From a virus (lineage: Duplodnaviria > Caudoviricetes), in the IMG/VR virus record IMGVR_UViG_3300002835_000122, positions 1 to 64,000 of that record: a stretch of DNA of 64,000 nt. One strand, given 5' to 3'. The notes beneath the pieces are model-generated. The model was not told where the DNA came from and ran no database searches. It saw nothing but the letters and a program-made list of their open reading frames with translations. This document shows, piece after piece, positions 49,839-59,998 of the stretch. The position numbers and the translations under genes were made by a program. Within the stretch, counting starts at the first letter, position 1. The number at the start of each line of letters is the position of its first letter.

Positions 49839-50780
49839 CTACCTTCTCTGTAAATTGCCCACTGTAGATGTCGTTGTTGCCGCAGCTGCAGCTGCTTCTG
49901 CTCTTGCAGAAAGGTTAGAGACCACGCTAGATTTAACAAACGAAATGTTGCTTTCGGTGAAGTAGTGATCTCTTGCCATGAATTGGTAACTTTCGCCAAT
50001 AGGCTGACCACCCGGCCCGTATGCTATTGACATATTTGTTAAATTTACTTCCTGTATAACTATCTTCATGGGCTTAGTGATTCCATCCGAATTAACGGTT
50101 CTTTGATTGACATCAGAAATCATCATTCTGTCTATGTTGTCGGAAATATTAGTATCTTCGGATTGATATACATTTAATGGAGACAGTGCCACTTCTTCCA
50201 ATCCATATACTATAATTAGATTGAATGGTGGATGGGCGCTAAATATATTTCTGTTGGAATTTTGTATATTCTTAGCAAAGGGATCATCTGTCATTCTGTC
50301 TAGCTGACCTCTAGCCCAATACTTCTCTACTAACTTTTCTTCTTCTTCTGTTTCAAAACTAGATCTTAAGTCAGATATTGTTCCATTAGTTGAACCGTTT
50401 TTTCTTTCCGTAAGAGCCCTAACAGCGGCTGCTTTTTCTAAAAGCTCTGTCATTCGTCTTGGATACTTGGAAAACATTGTTATTTCTCCGGTAATAATTC
50501 TAGTGCCGTACATCATAGCATCGTAGTTATAGGACCAGAATCCATATAATGGCTGCTTTTCTTGTCTTACGTTAAAAGCAAAATTGGCAATATCTAGTTC
50601 ATCTTCAGGGGAGAATAATCCGTCGATATATATTCGGATATCTTCTCCGCTGAAATAATAATCATAATAATTACTAAAGCGTAGATCGCCCTGTTTTCCG
50701 CCACTCCATACGGCATCTATTGTTCCATGAAGTGGGTCAAATTCTCTTATTTTGTTATTGTCTATGTTTCTAATTGTCAT
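49839..50780 (-). CDS. Tail tube-like protein 3 (probable tube initiator, 313 aa)
   Basis: YFSGEDIRIYI...EKQPLYG...GTRIITGEI...HPPFNLIIVYG...ESYQFMARD parallels the tube protein motifs. Confidence 0.7.
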   Translation of the reverse strand: MTIRNIDNNKIREFDPLHGTIDAVWSGGKQGDLRFSNYYDYYFSGEDIRIYIDGLFSPEDELDIANFAFNVRQEKQPLYGFWSYNYDAMMYGTRIITGEITMFSKYPRRMTELLEKAAAVRALTERKNGSTNGTISDLRSSFETEEEEKLVEKYWARGQLDRMTDDPFAKNIQNSNRNIFSAHPPFNLIIVYGLEEVALSPLNVYQSEDTNISDNIDRMMISDVNQRTVNSDGITKPMKIVIQEVNLTNMSIAYGPGGQPIGESYQFMARDHYFTESNISFVKSSVVSNLSARAEAAAAAATTTSTVGNLQRR

Positions 50781-51562
50781 TCTGGAGGCTTTACCTGAGT
50801 TGTATTATTTTCGTTCTTTTTAGGATTATATTTCTTTTCATAGTATTCTTCTTCATTTAAGGAAGCTAGCTCTTCTACTATAAGATCGCCAAATATATTT
50901 GAACCAATATTTAAATCTCTTGATTTCATTGCCTGTGTATATGTCGGATCAGTGGGCACTAAACTATCATTCGGCATCTTGATAAGTGGCTGGATTCCTC
51001 TTGCCATATATGTATATGTCTGCTCTGTTATCAAGTCATCTATGGATAGTGTTTGACCTTCGTCAACTATAGTAACTCCAAAAATTTTCATCTTAGCCCC
51101 AATTCCATATTCATTAAAAAATGTAATGACAATATCGAATGGTGGCAACATATCTGCAAGCGGAGCAAAAAAGCCTTGCTTCCTGGCTAGGTATTCTCTA
51201 AACTGCTTTATTCTATAGAAAGCATACTCGTTAAAAACGGTAAATATTAAACTTCCGGCAATCGTTCTTCCACCCTTAACGAAACCCCTGACATTTACAT
51301 GGCCCAATGTTCTTATGGGGGAGTTCTCTCTGTGTATAGAGTATGAAATAGTTTGAAGTTCACCGAGAGTTATTACGTCGCCGACAGCTTCAACGTTACC
51401 TGTTTTACCTATCACTGGAACTATCATAGTCGCTACTGCGTCTGCTCCAGAGAAGGACATATTTGACATGTATTTATCAAAGTCGAATAAGTCAGTACCA
51501 GCGTTTTCTTTATTCTCTTCTTTTTTTGTCAACTTAAAAGGGAATGTTTGCCCTCGTGTCAT
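50777..51562 (-). CDS. Tail tube-like protein 2 (261 aa)
   Basis: SFSGADAVAT...ISYSIHRENSPIRTLG...GGRTIAGSLIFTVF...ADMLPPFDIVITFFNEYG aligns by eye with 51635..52297. Confidence 0.8.
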   Translation of the reverse strand: MTRGQTFPFKLTKKEENKENAGTDLFDFDKYMSNMSFSGADAVATMIVPVIGKTGNVEAVGDVITLGELQTISYSIHRENSPIRTLGHVNVRGFVKGGRTIAGSLIFTVFNEYAFYRIKQFREYLARKQGFFAPLADMLPPFDIVITFFNEYGIGAKMKIFGVTIVDEGQTLSIDDLITEQTYTYMARGIQPLIKMPNDSLVPTDPTYTQAMKSRDLNIGSNIFGDLIVEELASLNEEEYYEKKYNPKKNENNTTQVKPPE

Positions 51563-51573
51563 ATGTTTCTCCT

Positions 51574-51615
51574 AAAAATAAAAAGGTGCATGGAAGAAGC
51601 CTCCCATGCACCTTT
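51574..51615 (-). terminator. Rho-independent terminator after the major tail tube gene
   Basis: 12-bp inverted repeat AAAGGTGCATGG / CCATGCACCTTT followed on the minus strand by a T-rich tract. Confidence 0.85.
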
Positions 51616-51634
51616 CACATAAAATTACACTCTA

Positions 51635-52297
51635 TCAGGGTCTGATAATTGTGGTGTTCAATCCTTCAGGCGGAATGCCTACCAGATTAGTCGGATCGAC
51701 AAGAGTATCATTTCTGATGACATACATGGGACCAAGCTCACGAGCTACATAGGTCATTGTTTCTTCAATAACGATATCGTCCATTGATGCGCCCGAACCT
51801 TCGTTCAAAAGTTCGCAACCATAGATTGATCTTACTGCAGCTTGACCGTATTCGTTAGCAAAAGTCACGGTAATGTCAAATGGCGGAATCTGATCAGCGT
51901 AGTAAGGAACTTTTCTTACGACGCCAGTCTTCTGCTCGTTGACATCAGCAATACCTCGTCTGTGACCATTGTCGCCAGGTAATGTATTGTGGCTTCTTGT
52001 GTAGAAGTCCATGGGTCTGTTTTGTGTATAGTTTTGTTCCAACATCTTATAAAGCGCGGGACGATCAAACACTGTAAAGATTAAAGAGCCAGCTATTCCT
52101 CTTTTGCCTCTTGAGAAAGAGCGAGGATTAGGTGAACCCATAGTATAGATTGGAGCCTTTTCTCTAGTGACAGAGAACGTAATGCCTGATAAGGCACCGA
52201 TCTCTACTCCACCAAATGTGGCTACAATGTCCGCTCCTGAGAACGTGGTGTAAGTATTGAGATACTTATTAACTGATGTATATTCTTCTGCTGCCAT
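51635..52297 (-). CDS. Major tail tube protein (220 aa)
   Basis: Follows the sheath gene, strong AGGAGG RBS, own terminator; TFSGADIVAT...TREKAPIYTMG...RGKRGIAGSLIFTVFD. Confidence 0.85.
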   Translation of the reverse strand: MAAEEYTSVNKYLNTYTTFSGADIVATFGGVEIGALSGITFSVTREKAPIYTMGSPNPRSFSRGKRGIAGSLIFTVFDRPALYKMLEQNYTQNRPMDFYTRSHNTLPGDNGHRRGIADVNEQKTGVVRKVPYYADQIPPFDITVTFANEYGQAAVRSIYGCELLNEGSGASMDDIVIEETMTYVARELGPMYVIRNDTLVDPTNLVGIPPEGLNTTIIRP

Positions 52298-52323
52298 TTA
52301 AGTTACCCTCCTAGTCGGTAAAT

Positions 52324-53562
52324 TTATAGACTAATGGCCACTCTGACTTCGATCTCTTTGAGTTCGAAGGCAGGTGTTAAAATAAGGTCTACAACCGCCT
52401 TGTTTTCGTTCGGGATATAAGAGACTGTGAAGTCACTACCGAGCAAGGCTCCTACTATTTGCATACCTCTCAAGCCAGAAGTAATTGCTGTTTCCATCGA
52501 ATTTCTTGTTTGAATATTTGATGGCTCACCAACGAATCTCTGGCAGGCTTGTCTAACAACTGAGGTAGCATCATTTATGATTCTCTTAGTTGATAGTCTA
52601 GTGTAATCCGACGTAGACCATCCAAATGTTAGTCCATCTCCGAATACTGGGATCTTGTTAAAGTTAATAACAACAGTGTTAATACCCTTAGCCGATAAAG
52701 CTGTTTGCTGTGTTCTCGTAGGCGAGTATCTTACTGATTCAACATTATAAACAGCCTTGTTAACGATTGAGCTGTATGAAGGCAATATGCTCATTGTAGC
52801 AGCGAGGTGTGCTGCGCCGTTTGCATAGCCAAAGTCAGTTGTTCCAGAAACGTAATTAACTGGCTTGATTTCTGCAGCAACGACGACTACATACGGTCCA
52901 GTCTCCTTCAACAGGTCGCTGGCGTCTCTGTCGGGAAGATTGGTAAGAGCCAAATGCGTGTTTGTGTTTCCTGGAGTCATCGTTTCCGAAGCTCCATCGT
53001 AAGACTTGACACCCATAACTGCTATGCAAGGATTAATATTTTCCGAAATATCTTTAACTTTTACCGAAACCTTATATGCCCAGTTATAGTCTACAGTAGC
53101 AGAGTTATCTGCGTAGAAGGCACGGGTTGTGTCACTGGGTGAATCCGGCGTTGCTGCCCATTCACTAGGGCGACCACCACGACCCCACGGAACAATAATG
53201 TCGGGGATGCATGATTCTGCTGCAATAAATATATCATTAAAAATGTCTACTCCGTTATTGGTAACGGCACCGGTAGATGGGACAAATACGGTATCCTTTG
53301 GCAACGGAACGATATAAATTCTTCCCGCTCCACCAATAATAAGCTCAAGAAACGCTCTGTGTGCATCTGAGCCATTACCAAAAGCCGTGATAACGTCTGC
53401 TTCGTTGGAGGCCCGGACAACATCAAGATCTGATATTCCACCAGTTCCACTAGCTGTACTCCGCTTTGCTATTGCAACAATTCTAGGACCAGCTGGCGTG
53501 TCCTGACGTGAGACGCTATAAAAGCGATCTCTGATTAAAGTTCTTACTCCAGGTATAGCCAT
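52324..53562 (-). CDS. Tail sheath protein (412 aa)
   Basis: MAIPGVRT N-terminus; C-terminal LSAKGINTV...DYTRLSTKRI...FVGEP...VVDLILTPAFELKEIEVRV sheath signature; GGAGG RBS. Confidence 0.9.
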   Translation of the reverse strand: MAIPGVRTLIRDRFYSVSRQDTPAGPRIVAIAKRSTASGTGGISDLDVVRASNEADVITAFGNGSDAHRAFLELIIGGAGRIYIVPLPKDTVFVPSTGAVTNNGVDIFNDIFIAAESCIPDIIVPWGRGGRPSEWAATPDSPSDTTRAFYADNSATVDYNWAYKVSVKVKDISENINPCIAVMGVKSYDGASETMTPGNTNTHLALTNLPDRDASDLLKETGPYVVVVAAEIKPVNYVSGTTDFGYANGAAHLAATMSILPSYSSIVNKAVYNVESVRYSPTRTQQTALSAKGINTVVINFNKIPVFGDGLTFGWSTSDYTRLSTKRIINDATSVVRQACQRFVGEPSNIQTRNSMETAITSGLRGMQIVGALLGSDFTVSYIPNENKAVVDLILTPAFELKEIEVRVAISL

Positions 53563-53605
53563 TTTATTTTTTATCCTCCAAATTTCAAAACTCTATTTGA
53601 ATCTT

Positions 53606-53620
53606 TCTTTATAGTAACAC
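53606..53620 (-). promoter_or_regulatory. Putative phage late promoter (GTGTTACTATAAAGA)
   Basis: Intergenic, about 45 nt upstream of the sheath ATG; the TACTAT core recurs upstream of several other genes. Confidence 0.6.
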
Positions 53621-53676
53621 ATAACTTATAAAAACAACTACAAACTTAATTTTGGGGATAATTAATATATACCATT

Positions 53677-54540
53677 TTACTCATTGGGTGTTGCACCTTG
53701 GAATAGATCTATGACATTGCCTTCTGTTCCAGTATAGTTTGGTGTCGCTAGTTGATTTTTAAGCAGATCTTTTTCATAGGCCATCCATGTTCTTGCGTCA
53801 ACGACAATTTTTTCAATTCTATTATTAGCTATTGCAAACGTTTTTTCAGTAGTTAACATATATGTGACGGTTCTTTTATGTATATCCTTGCCGTCTCTGT
53901 TTATCTCTGAGTCTGATAATCTTCTAGAATATACTAATTCAGATGCGCCTGCGGCTTTAAAAATTGAAGTATATTCCAACATAAAATCTTCAAAAGCTTC
54001 CATGACCTGATCACATAGGACCGCTGCATCGAGATCATCTCTGGTTGTCGTGCTATTTGGCCCTTGGAAAGTTCCAACTTTACTCATTACTGTAAAACCT
54101 ACAACGTTTTGAAATTTTTGACCATAGATTGTTACCGAATTAGAAAGTACATTTTGACGCATTCTTGGCTTTGGCTCTGTGGTGTGGGATTTTCTTAGTT
54201 CTAAATGATAACCAATTATTGCTGGAAAGTCATCTAGTCCAACACTCGTAGAGGACGGGGCTGATGAAAGATCTCTTGTGGAGTTTTCAATGCCTCCAGA
54301 GTCACTATACGTGACAGATGATTCTCTGTTTATACTCAATGGCAGTATCGGTATTGTTGGGTAGCTTTCTTCCCACATTTTTTTAACTAAACTAACAAAC
54401 TCTAGGTAAGTTAGATTGCCAGTATATACTTCTTCAACTCCATCGCTATCTAACCTGCGATAGCCAGGAGCCTGTAGAGCCGGTAAACCGTATCTTGCGT
54501 TTTCGGAAAAGTGAGGAAAATCTCTATTTAAATAGCTCAT
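53677..54540 (-). CDS. Tail terminator/completion-like protein (287 aa)
   Basis: Position before the sheath; KPRMRQ...YGQKFQNVVGF...FEDFMLEYTSIFKAAGASELVY...RTVTYMLTTEK fits a gpU-like alpha/beta pattern. Confidence 0.6.
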   Translation of the reverse strand: MSYLNRDFPHFSENARYGLPALQAPGYRRLDSDGVEEVYTGNLTYLEFVSLVKKMWEESYPTIPILPLSINRESSVTYSDSGGIENSTRDLSSAPSSTSVGLDDFPAIIGYHLELRKSHTTEPKPRMRQNVLSNSVTIYGQKFQNVVGFTVMSKVGTFQGPNSTTTRDDLDAAVLCDQVMEAFEDFMLEYTSIFKAAGASELVYSRRLSDSEINRDGKDIHKRTVTYMLTTEKTFAIANNRIEKIVVDARTWMAYEKDLLKNQLATPNYTGTEGNVIDLFQGATPNE

Positions 54541-54541
54541 A

Positions 54542-56140
54542 TTACGCTCCTGGTCCAGCTGCTAGTGAAAAATCTATTCTTTTTAGCCCAAAGGCTGAAA
54601 GTAATTCGACCTCAAAAATGAAAACACCTCTTTGTGTCTCTGATACTTGGACATTAAATGCGAAGTCATTTATTATTGAATTTCTTTTAAGTAGTTGTAA
54701 GAATTCTCTAGTTTCAGAAACTATTTGATCAAAAGCCATAATATCAAAATGTGATAATGCTATTCCTTTTATTTCACTAACAACTAGAGAGACTAATCTC
54801 ATTTGCGCTAGTTTCGTAAAGGTTGAATACTGATTAGCCATCGTGTATTCGTTAGTCAAGTACACTTCAAAAGGTACTGCTCTTCTCGTTTTCTTGCCAC
54901 GATATAATGTATTAATTCCAATATTTTCTAATCTCTGGTATTCTGCCTGAGTAAGATCGTTACCAAATAAAGACATGGCGCCTGGAACTCGACTTCTAAT
55001 CAAAGCCTTATTGAGCGGAGAATCTGATACCATTCCAGCTACCGCCGCTGCAGCGCCAGAGACATAGCTTAGCTTTATCTGAGGATGCTGGAAAACCATT
55101 TCTCCATAGACTGGCACTATGTATCTGCCTTTATCTGAGGATATTTGACCTGTAGCCTGATTGTATACGGTAAATTTATCAGTAAATATAGGATTCTGCT
55201 CAAGTATATCTATGTCTGATGACTTTATTCCATTAGTTTTAGATCCTATAATTCCTATCTGTACGTTTCCTGTATTATTGTGGAAATCTGAACAATAATT
55301 TGCTAGCTGCGTAACGAAGTCTACTGAACCCGTTTCGATAATAGATGTTTCCAGTGGGACTATTATATCTACAAAATCTAAATCTATTATATCTTCATAG
55401 GTTTGTTCAAGTCTTTCATAATATTTTTCATAAAAAGTTTGAGAACTAGGAGTTGCTTGATCTCGATTGAATGCTGTAGTAGATATGAATCTTCCCTCAT
55501 AACTTTGAACATATTCTATCATTGGCGCAGATGCGCATATCATTATGTCTCTTGCCCCGCAGGAGTATGCGTCTAAAACTCCTCGCAAAAGTGGACTGTC
55601 AAGATCTGCTTGGAGCAAATCTACTGCTTGCTGTATGGAGTTAATTTTTACTGGATAGTTTAATTGCACACCATCAGCGTGCCCTATTAGTAGAATCGTG
55701 CTCGTATTATTTCTATTTAATTGCTGATATGTCGGCTTATAGTTTATAACGCTAGACTTAGGGGAGGTTATAGTTGCCGGAGATAATGTATTGGTAGATT
55801 GTTTTACCTGAAAAACTGAGCCTATATTAATGTCTCTTGCTGAACTGTTAGTTCTCGCTAAAACTGTGTAGTTATATTCATATAGGTTTTGAGGAACAGT
55901 ATAATGGAATGTATATTCTCCATTGGAGATTTTTTCGATTCTATTGCCGGTAGCTTCTGGATCTTGATCTAAATAAAGATATGGACCATCAATTATTGGC
56001 CCCGCTCCGTTGTCGCCTCTAACAACATATACACTTATGTCTACTGGGGTAGCCAAACTCGTTGGATCATAAATTGTTCCATCAAAATCTGTAAACACAA
56101 ATTTAAATTGGGCTGTCTGCCCCTTGGATAAAACTAACAT
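54542..56140 (-). CDS. Second sheath-like protein with N-terminal Ig-like domain (about 532 aa; start reassigned to 56140)
   Basis: ILLIGHADG...SPLLRGVLDAYSCGARDI, AAAAVAGMVS, LENIGINTL, KLAQMRLV and IFEVELLSAFGLKRIDF parallel the sheath; the ATG at 56140 follows the upstream stop. Confidence 0.7.
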   Translation of the reverse strand: MLVLSKGQTAQFKFVFTDFDGTIYDPTSLATPVDISVYVVRGDNGAGPIIDGPYLYLDQDPEATGNRIEKISNGEYTFHYTVPQNLYEYNYTVLARTNSSARDINIGSVFQVKQSTNTLSPATITSPKSSVINYKPTYQQLNRNNTSTILLIGHADGVQLNYPVKINSIQQAVDLLQADLDSPLLRGVLDAYSCGARDIMICASAPMIEYVQSYEGRFISTTAFNRDQATPSSQTFYEKYYERLEQTYEDIIDLDFVDIIVPLETSIIETGSVDFVTQLANYCSDFHNNTGNVQIGIIGSKTNGIKSSDIDILEQNPIFTDKFTVYNQATGQISSDKGRYIVPVYGEMVFQHPQIKLSYVSGAAAAVAGMVSDSPLNKALIRSRVPGAMSLFGNDLTQAEYQRLENIGINTLYRGKKTRRAVPFEVYLTNEYTMANQYSTFTKLAQMRLVSLVVSEIKGIALSHFDIMAFDQIVSETREFLQLLKRNSIINDFAFNVQVSETQRGVFIFEVELLSAFGLKRIDFSLAAGPGA

Positions 56141-56142
56141 TT

Positions 56143-56514
56143 TTACTTCTCTCTTGTGGCTCCGACAGTCCAATAGTTTATTTTGCCGAACCTACCTCTA
56201 ACTGCAGTGACCGCAGCTATGCTGAACATCGTATAATTTTTACTTGATTTTAAAGAATAATTTTCATATATTCTATCCCCTTCTTTAGGGAAGATATTTT
56301 CTTCAAAATAGTATACTGCGTCGTAGTTGGTTAAAATTCCTTGTTGAGTTTCAGTAGAAGAATTTGCATTGGTGATACCAGACTGACCAACCTGACGTGT
56401 TGTTACTCTTTCAAATTGATCAAAGTGATTACCGTTAGGAAGAATTCTTTGTATATATACATCATGTCCCCATTGCCTAAGTATACGATTAAAGGATTTC
56501 TTTGCATCAATCAT
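56143..56514 (-). CDS. Head closure/stopper-like protein (about 123 aa; start reassigned to 56514)
   Basis: FNRILRQWGHDVYIQR...YYFE...PKEGDRIYE...RGRFGKINYW; ATGATTGA overlap with the upstream gene. Confidence 0.65.
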   Translation of the reverse strand: MIDAKKSFNRILRQWGHDVYIQRILPNGNHFDQFERVTTRQVGQSGITNANSSTETQQGILTNYDAVYYFEENIFPKEGDRIYENYSLKSSKNYTMFSIAAVTAVRGRFGKINYWTVGATREK

Positions 56515-57391
56515 AACTTCTGAAGCCTCTCTTCGGCATCGGGTCATCATTTATATTAGTTGTTCCATTTGGATCGTATAATTCTCTGCCAGACGGATAT
56601 ACAATTTTATCAGTTAATTTGCTGTCATACATAGACAGGCCTGGTAGATTTTTGGGCTGGAATCCTCTTGGGCCAACTTTTGCTGCTAGCATTTCTTTTC
56701 TTAGTGCAGCAGCTATCTGACACCATGTCGTAGCATTGTCTCTGGTTACTCTATTCCTTGGTATGGATTTATTGGTAATGCTTAAATCGCCAAGTGTTAA
56801 AGACATTTCGTCGTCACCACCTAATCCATAGGTTCTCGAGAGCTCACAGGCTGTTGCAGCCTTTATGTATTCAAGAACTGTAAATGACAGATTCGATCCA
56901 TCTTCTGCGTCTAAAAGATTATAAATAGCCTTTACTTCTGTTGAATAATTATAAATTATTTCACCTATTTCAAGAAGCGAGGCGTCTGGGAAGTAAGCCA
57001 GAAGAGACTCAGGGTCCAGATATAAAGGAGTAACATCTGGCGCAAAAGTTATGCTCTCGTCACTTTTTAATATAATGGTAGGCTGATATTCTTCTACCGT
57101 AGAGCTAACATATAGTTTTTGCTCTACTACTACAGTATTAGAGTTAGCTAATATGCCAGTAAATTTAACAGTATATGCGCCAGCTATAGTGGGAGTGTAA
57201 TCATAATAAAAAACTGAACTAGATATCTGACTAGAGGTTCCTGAGTTTACAGTTGTATTAGAAGAGTTTTTTATTATTACTTGTGGATTTGACGCAGGGG
57301 ATAGTGCTATTTCATTTCCATCTGCATCAATGTCTTTAAACTTTACAGTTATTCTTACCGTATCACTGACTACAACTCTATCTGTTGACAT
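56507..57391 (-). CDS. Head-tail adaptor with N-terminal Ig-like domain (294 aa)
   Basis: N-terminal DTVRITVKF...FYYDYTP..AGAYTVKFTG; C-terminal PLYLDP...EYIKAATACEL...LTLGDLSIT (gp6/gp15-like). Confidence 0.65.
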   Translation of the reverse strand: MSTDRVVVSDTVRITVKFKDIDADGNEIALSPASNPQVIIKNSSNTTVNSGTSSQISSSVFYYDYTPTIAGAYTVKFTGILANSNTVVVEQKLYVSSTVEEYQPTIILKSDESITFAPDVTPLYLDPESLLAYFPDASLLEIGEIIYNYSTEVKAIYNLLDAEDGSNLSFTVLEYIKAATACELSRTYGLGGDDEMSLTLGDLSITNKSIPRNRVTRDNATTWCQIAAALRKEMLAAKVGPRGFQPKNLPGLSMYDSKLTDKIVYPSGRELYDPNGTTNINDDPMPKRGFRSYD

Positions 57392-57406
57392 CTTTTACCT
57401 CTTAGT

Positions 57407-57859
57407 TTAAGCGTTAGACATAATAGTAACGTTAATTGTTCCAGCTGAGTTATCTTCCAGAGTGATACTTTGTGCGTTAGAGACAGCGTATGCTTCATTC
57501 TTATTTATCGACACTGCTATATATCCGGAGCTATATATTTCTTCACTATTCAAAGTTGAAATAGCGTAGGCTTCAGCGTTTATCTTAGTTATCTCTGAGG
57601 ATCCGTAACCATCAAACATTGCAAAAGTCATATAGGATGACGTCTCAGTGTTTTCTATTACTCCGCTTGGAGTAATAACGGAATGACTATTAACAAAAAC
57701 TAATGTGCTGTCTACGGATGGTGGCGATATAACAATAACGCCTAATATGTTTAAGCCACCAAAATTAGTAGTTAATCCAAAAGACTGAGGAGAAACTACA
57801 TATACACCACTGTAATTGAAATGATCTTGATTATAGGTTATATCCCCATTGTAGAGCAT
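57407..57859 (-). CDS. Hypothetical virion protein (150 aa)
   Basis: Ser/Thr/Ile-rich beta-type ORF in the structural operon; N-terminal YNGDITYNQDHFNYSG. Confidence 0.55.
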   Translation of the reverse strand: MLYNGDITYNQDHFNYSGVYVVSPQSFGLTTNFGGLNILGVIVISPPSVDSTLVFVNSHSVITPSGVIENTETSSYMTFAMFDGYGSSEITKINAEAYAISTLNSEEIYSSGYIAVSINKNEAYAVSNAQSITLEDNSAGTINVTIMSNA

Positions 57860-57872
57860 CTAAATCCTTTTA

Positions 57873-59996
57873 TCAGAATGTTCCACAATCGAATGTTATA
57901 CCATCTATGGAACCGCCGGTAATTGAAACGTTATTAGAAGCTTGCGTAGCAATTGATCCCAAACCTAAGGTTGTTCTTCCGCCTGCTGCATCTACATCGT
58001 CGACTAATGATCTACCGAATGAAGAAAAATCTGCAAGGGCTGCAGTGCCAGAACCCGAGAAGTAGGGAAGCTTATCTGCTGCTGATGTTAAACCAGCAAT
58101 GGCTGCAAGTTCTGCATCATAAGCTTGAACATTCGTACCAATTACAAGTCCGAGAGTGGTCCGAGATGCGGCAGCGTCAGCGTCAGCAATGATTGCTCGG
58201 CCATGTGCTGAAAAGTCAGTTACTGCCGCAGTGCCAGAACCAGTAAAATAAGGCAGCTTATTAGCAGCTGACGTTAGGCCAGCAATTGCAGCAAGGTCGG
58301 CGTCATAGGCTTGTACATCAGTGCCAATAGCTAGGCCAAGAGCAGTTCTAGCTGCTCCAGCATCTGTGGCTCCAGTTCCACCATTAGCTATTGCTATGGT
58401 TGTGCCATTCCAAGTGCCAGTTGCAATTATTCCAACTGAAGTAAGGCTTGAGGCAGTGACTCCTGAGCCAAGAGTTGAACCAGAAAGTACAGAAGTTCCT
58501 GCAATTAACAATGACTTGCCCGTCAGAAGATTAAGATTTTCTGAAGAAGTCCATGCATCAGTTGCGTCAACCCAGTTAAAAGTCTTGTCTGTATCACCCT
58601 TGAGAGTGATGCCACCACCATCAGCACCTGCGTCTGTCGGAGAGGCGCTTGAGCCAAGTTCAAGATTCTTATCGTCAACAGTTACAGTAGTTGAATTGAT
58701 TGTAGTGGTTGTGCCGTTAACTGTTAGATCGCCTGAAAGGACAAGGGAGGTGCCAGTGGCAGCACCAATGTTTGGAGTTACAAGTGTTGGCGTATTAGCA
58801 AATACTAGAGCACCAGTACCAGTTTCGTCAGATATAATTCCAGCAAGTTCTGATGATGAAGTCGCTGCAAAGGCTGAAAGCTTATCTGCAGTAAGTGCTA
58901 CAGTACCAGTTGCATCTGGAAGCGTGATTGTGCGGTCTGCGGTTGGATCTGTAACAGCAAGAGTTGTTTCGTGGGCATCAGCTGTTGCACCTTCGAAGAC
59001 CATGCTTCCACCATTAAGTGTAAGTCCTGCAAATGTTACACTTGCAGAGGTTGCTACATCTTGACCAATAGACAATGAGTGAGTTGTCCCCTCACCTGTT
59101 GTTGCTGCAGAAGAGGTAACACCAGTTCCACCAGTTATTGTTGCTACATAACTTCCTGAAGTATTAGTTCCAAGCGCAATTTCTATAGTTGTCGAACTTG
59201 CTGCAGTTAAACGACCCTGAGCGTCAACCGTGAAGCTACCGACTGATGCAGCACCGCCGTATGAGCCAGCTGTTACTGTAGTGTTGTCAAGATCTAAAGT
59301 AAGTGTGTCAGTTGCAGAGGCCACCGATGTTAGGCCTATGCCACCAACTATAGTGAAGGTATCCCCACCAGCAATTGTTAAATTGTCACCGTTGTCTGCA
59401 TCTACTGTAAATGAAGTAGAAATAGAAGCTGTCCCTGCTGCAGACAAACGGCCTTGAGCGTCAACTGTGAAAGTTGGGATTGCACTAGCTGAACCATATG
59501 AACCAGCAGTAACTGTTGTATTGTCAAGATGTAGGGTTATGGTATTTGTAGATGATGCTATTGATGAAAGCCCAGTTCCACCAGATATAGTTACGGTTTC
59601 TGCGTCATCGATTGTTTGTGAAGATCCCGAATCACCTGCTAAAGTAAAGTTGTATGTAGATGCAACTACAGCGCTATCTACATATGCTGTTGTTGCTACG
59701 GATGTTGAGTTGTTTCCTGCTGTTTGTGTCGTTGCAGTTGCAGAACCGCCAAGAGCTAATGTACCAGAAAATGTTTTATTTCCTGTAATAGTTTGAGTGC
59801 CGGACAAGCCTACATAGGCACCAGGGCCAGCAATGGCTTGAACTGTCGTTGCAGTTCCTCCTGCTCCACCTGTTCCTTTACCGTAATAAAGAACGTCATC
59901 AGCTTCGTTGTATGCTAGTTCTGCGTTTTCTAAACTTGAGGGTGCGCCGGCTGCACCACCAGATGCTCTTCTTTTGATTCTGATCGTATTAGCCAT
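57873..59996 (-). CDS. Fibre protein (head/neck or tail fibre, 707 aa)
   Basis: Mtd-N-like IRIKR...[22 protein letters not shown]; Ala/Thr/Gly-rich repeats; [18 protein letters not shown]; [17 protein letters not shown] repeats. Confidence 0.8.
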   Translation of the reverse strand: MANTIRIKRRASGGAAGAPSSLENAELAYNEADDVLYYGKGTGGAGGTATTVQAIAGPGAYVGLSGTQTITGNKTFSGTLALGGSATATTQTAGNNSTSVATTAYVDSAVVASTYNFTLAGDSGSSQTIDDAETVTISGGTGLSSIASSTNTITLHLDNTTVTAGSYGSASAIPTFTVDAQGRLSAAGTASISTSFTVDADNGDNLTIAGGDTFTIVGGIGLTSVASATDTLTLDLDNTTVTAGSYGGAASVGSFTVDAQGRLTAASSTTIEIALGTNTSGSYVATITGGTGVTSSAATTGEGTTHSLSIGQDVATSASVTFAGLTLNGGSMVFEGATADAHETTLAVTDPTADRTITLPDATGTVALTADKLSAFAATSSSELAGIISDETGTGALVFANTPTLVTPNIGAATGTSLVLSGDLTVNGTTTTINSTTVTVDDKNLELGSSASPTDAGADGGGITLKGDTDKTFNWVDATDAWTSSENLNLLTGKSLLIAGTSVLSGSTLGSGVTASSLTSVGIIATGTWNGTTIAIANGGTGATDAGAARTALGLAIGTDVQAYDADLAAIAGLTSAANKLPYFTGSGTAAVTDFSAHGRAIIADADAAASRTTLGLVIGTNVQAYDAELAAIAGLTSAADKLPYFSGSGTAALADFSSFGRSLVDDVDAAGGRTTLGLGSIATQASNNVSITGGSIDGITFDCGTF
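58010..58360 (-). repeat. Two ~65-aa repeats in the fibre ([37 protein letters not shown])
   Basis: Visible in translation; units about 195 nt apart. Confidence 0.85.
59190..59660 (-). repeat. Two ~79-aa repeats in the fibre ([14 protein letters not shown]....[11 protein letters not shown])
   Basis: Visible in translation and DNA (tgagcgtcaacngtgaa near 59220 and 59457). Confidence 0.85.
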
Positions 59997-59998
59997 GA

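Noticed and set aside
20564-56140. Headless contractile injection system (tailocin, eCIS or T6SS)
   Set aside because: Capsid, decoration, scaffold and head-tail joining genes are in the same operon, so this is a phage.
56141-56550. ORF-track starts at 56173 and 56550
   Set aside because: They overlap upstream genes unnecessarily; ATGs at 56140 and 56514 give typical coupled starts.
58321-59064. 247-aa plus-strand ORF, and the many other short plus-strand ORFs (e.g. 46125..46790, 20817..21260, 12868..13230)
   Set aside because: They are antisense shadows of long minus-strand genes, with no RBS or domain motifs.
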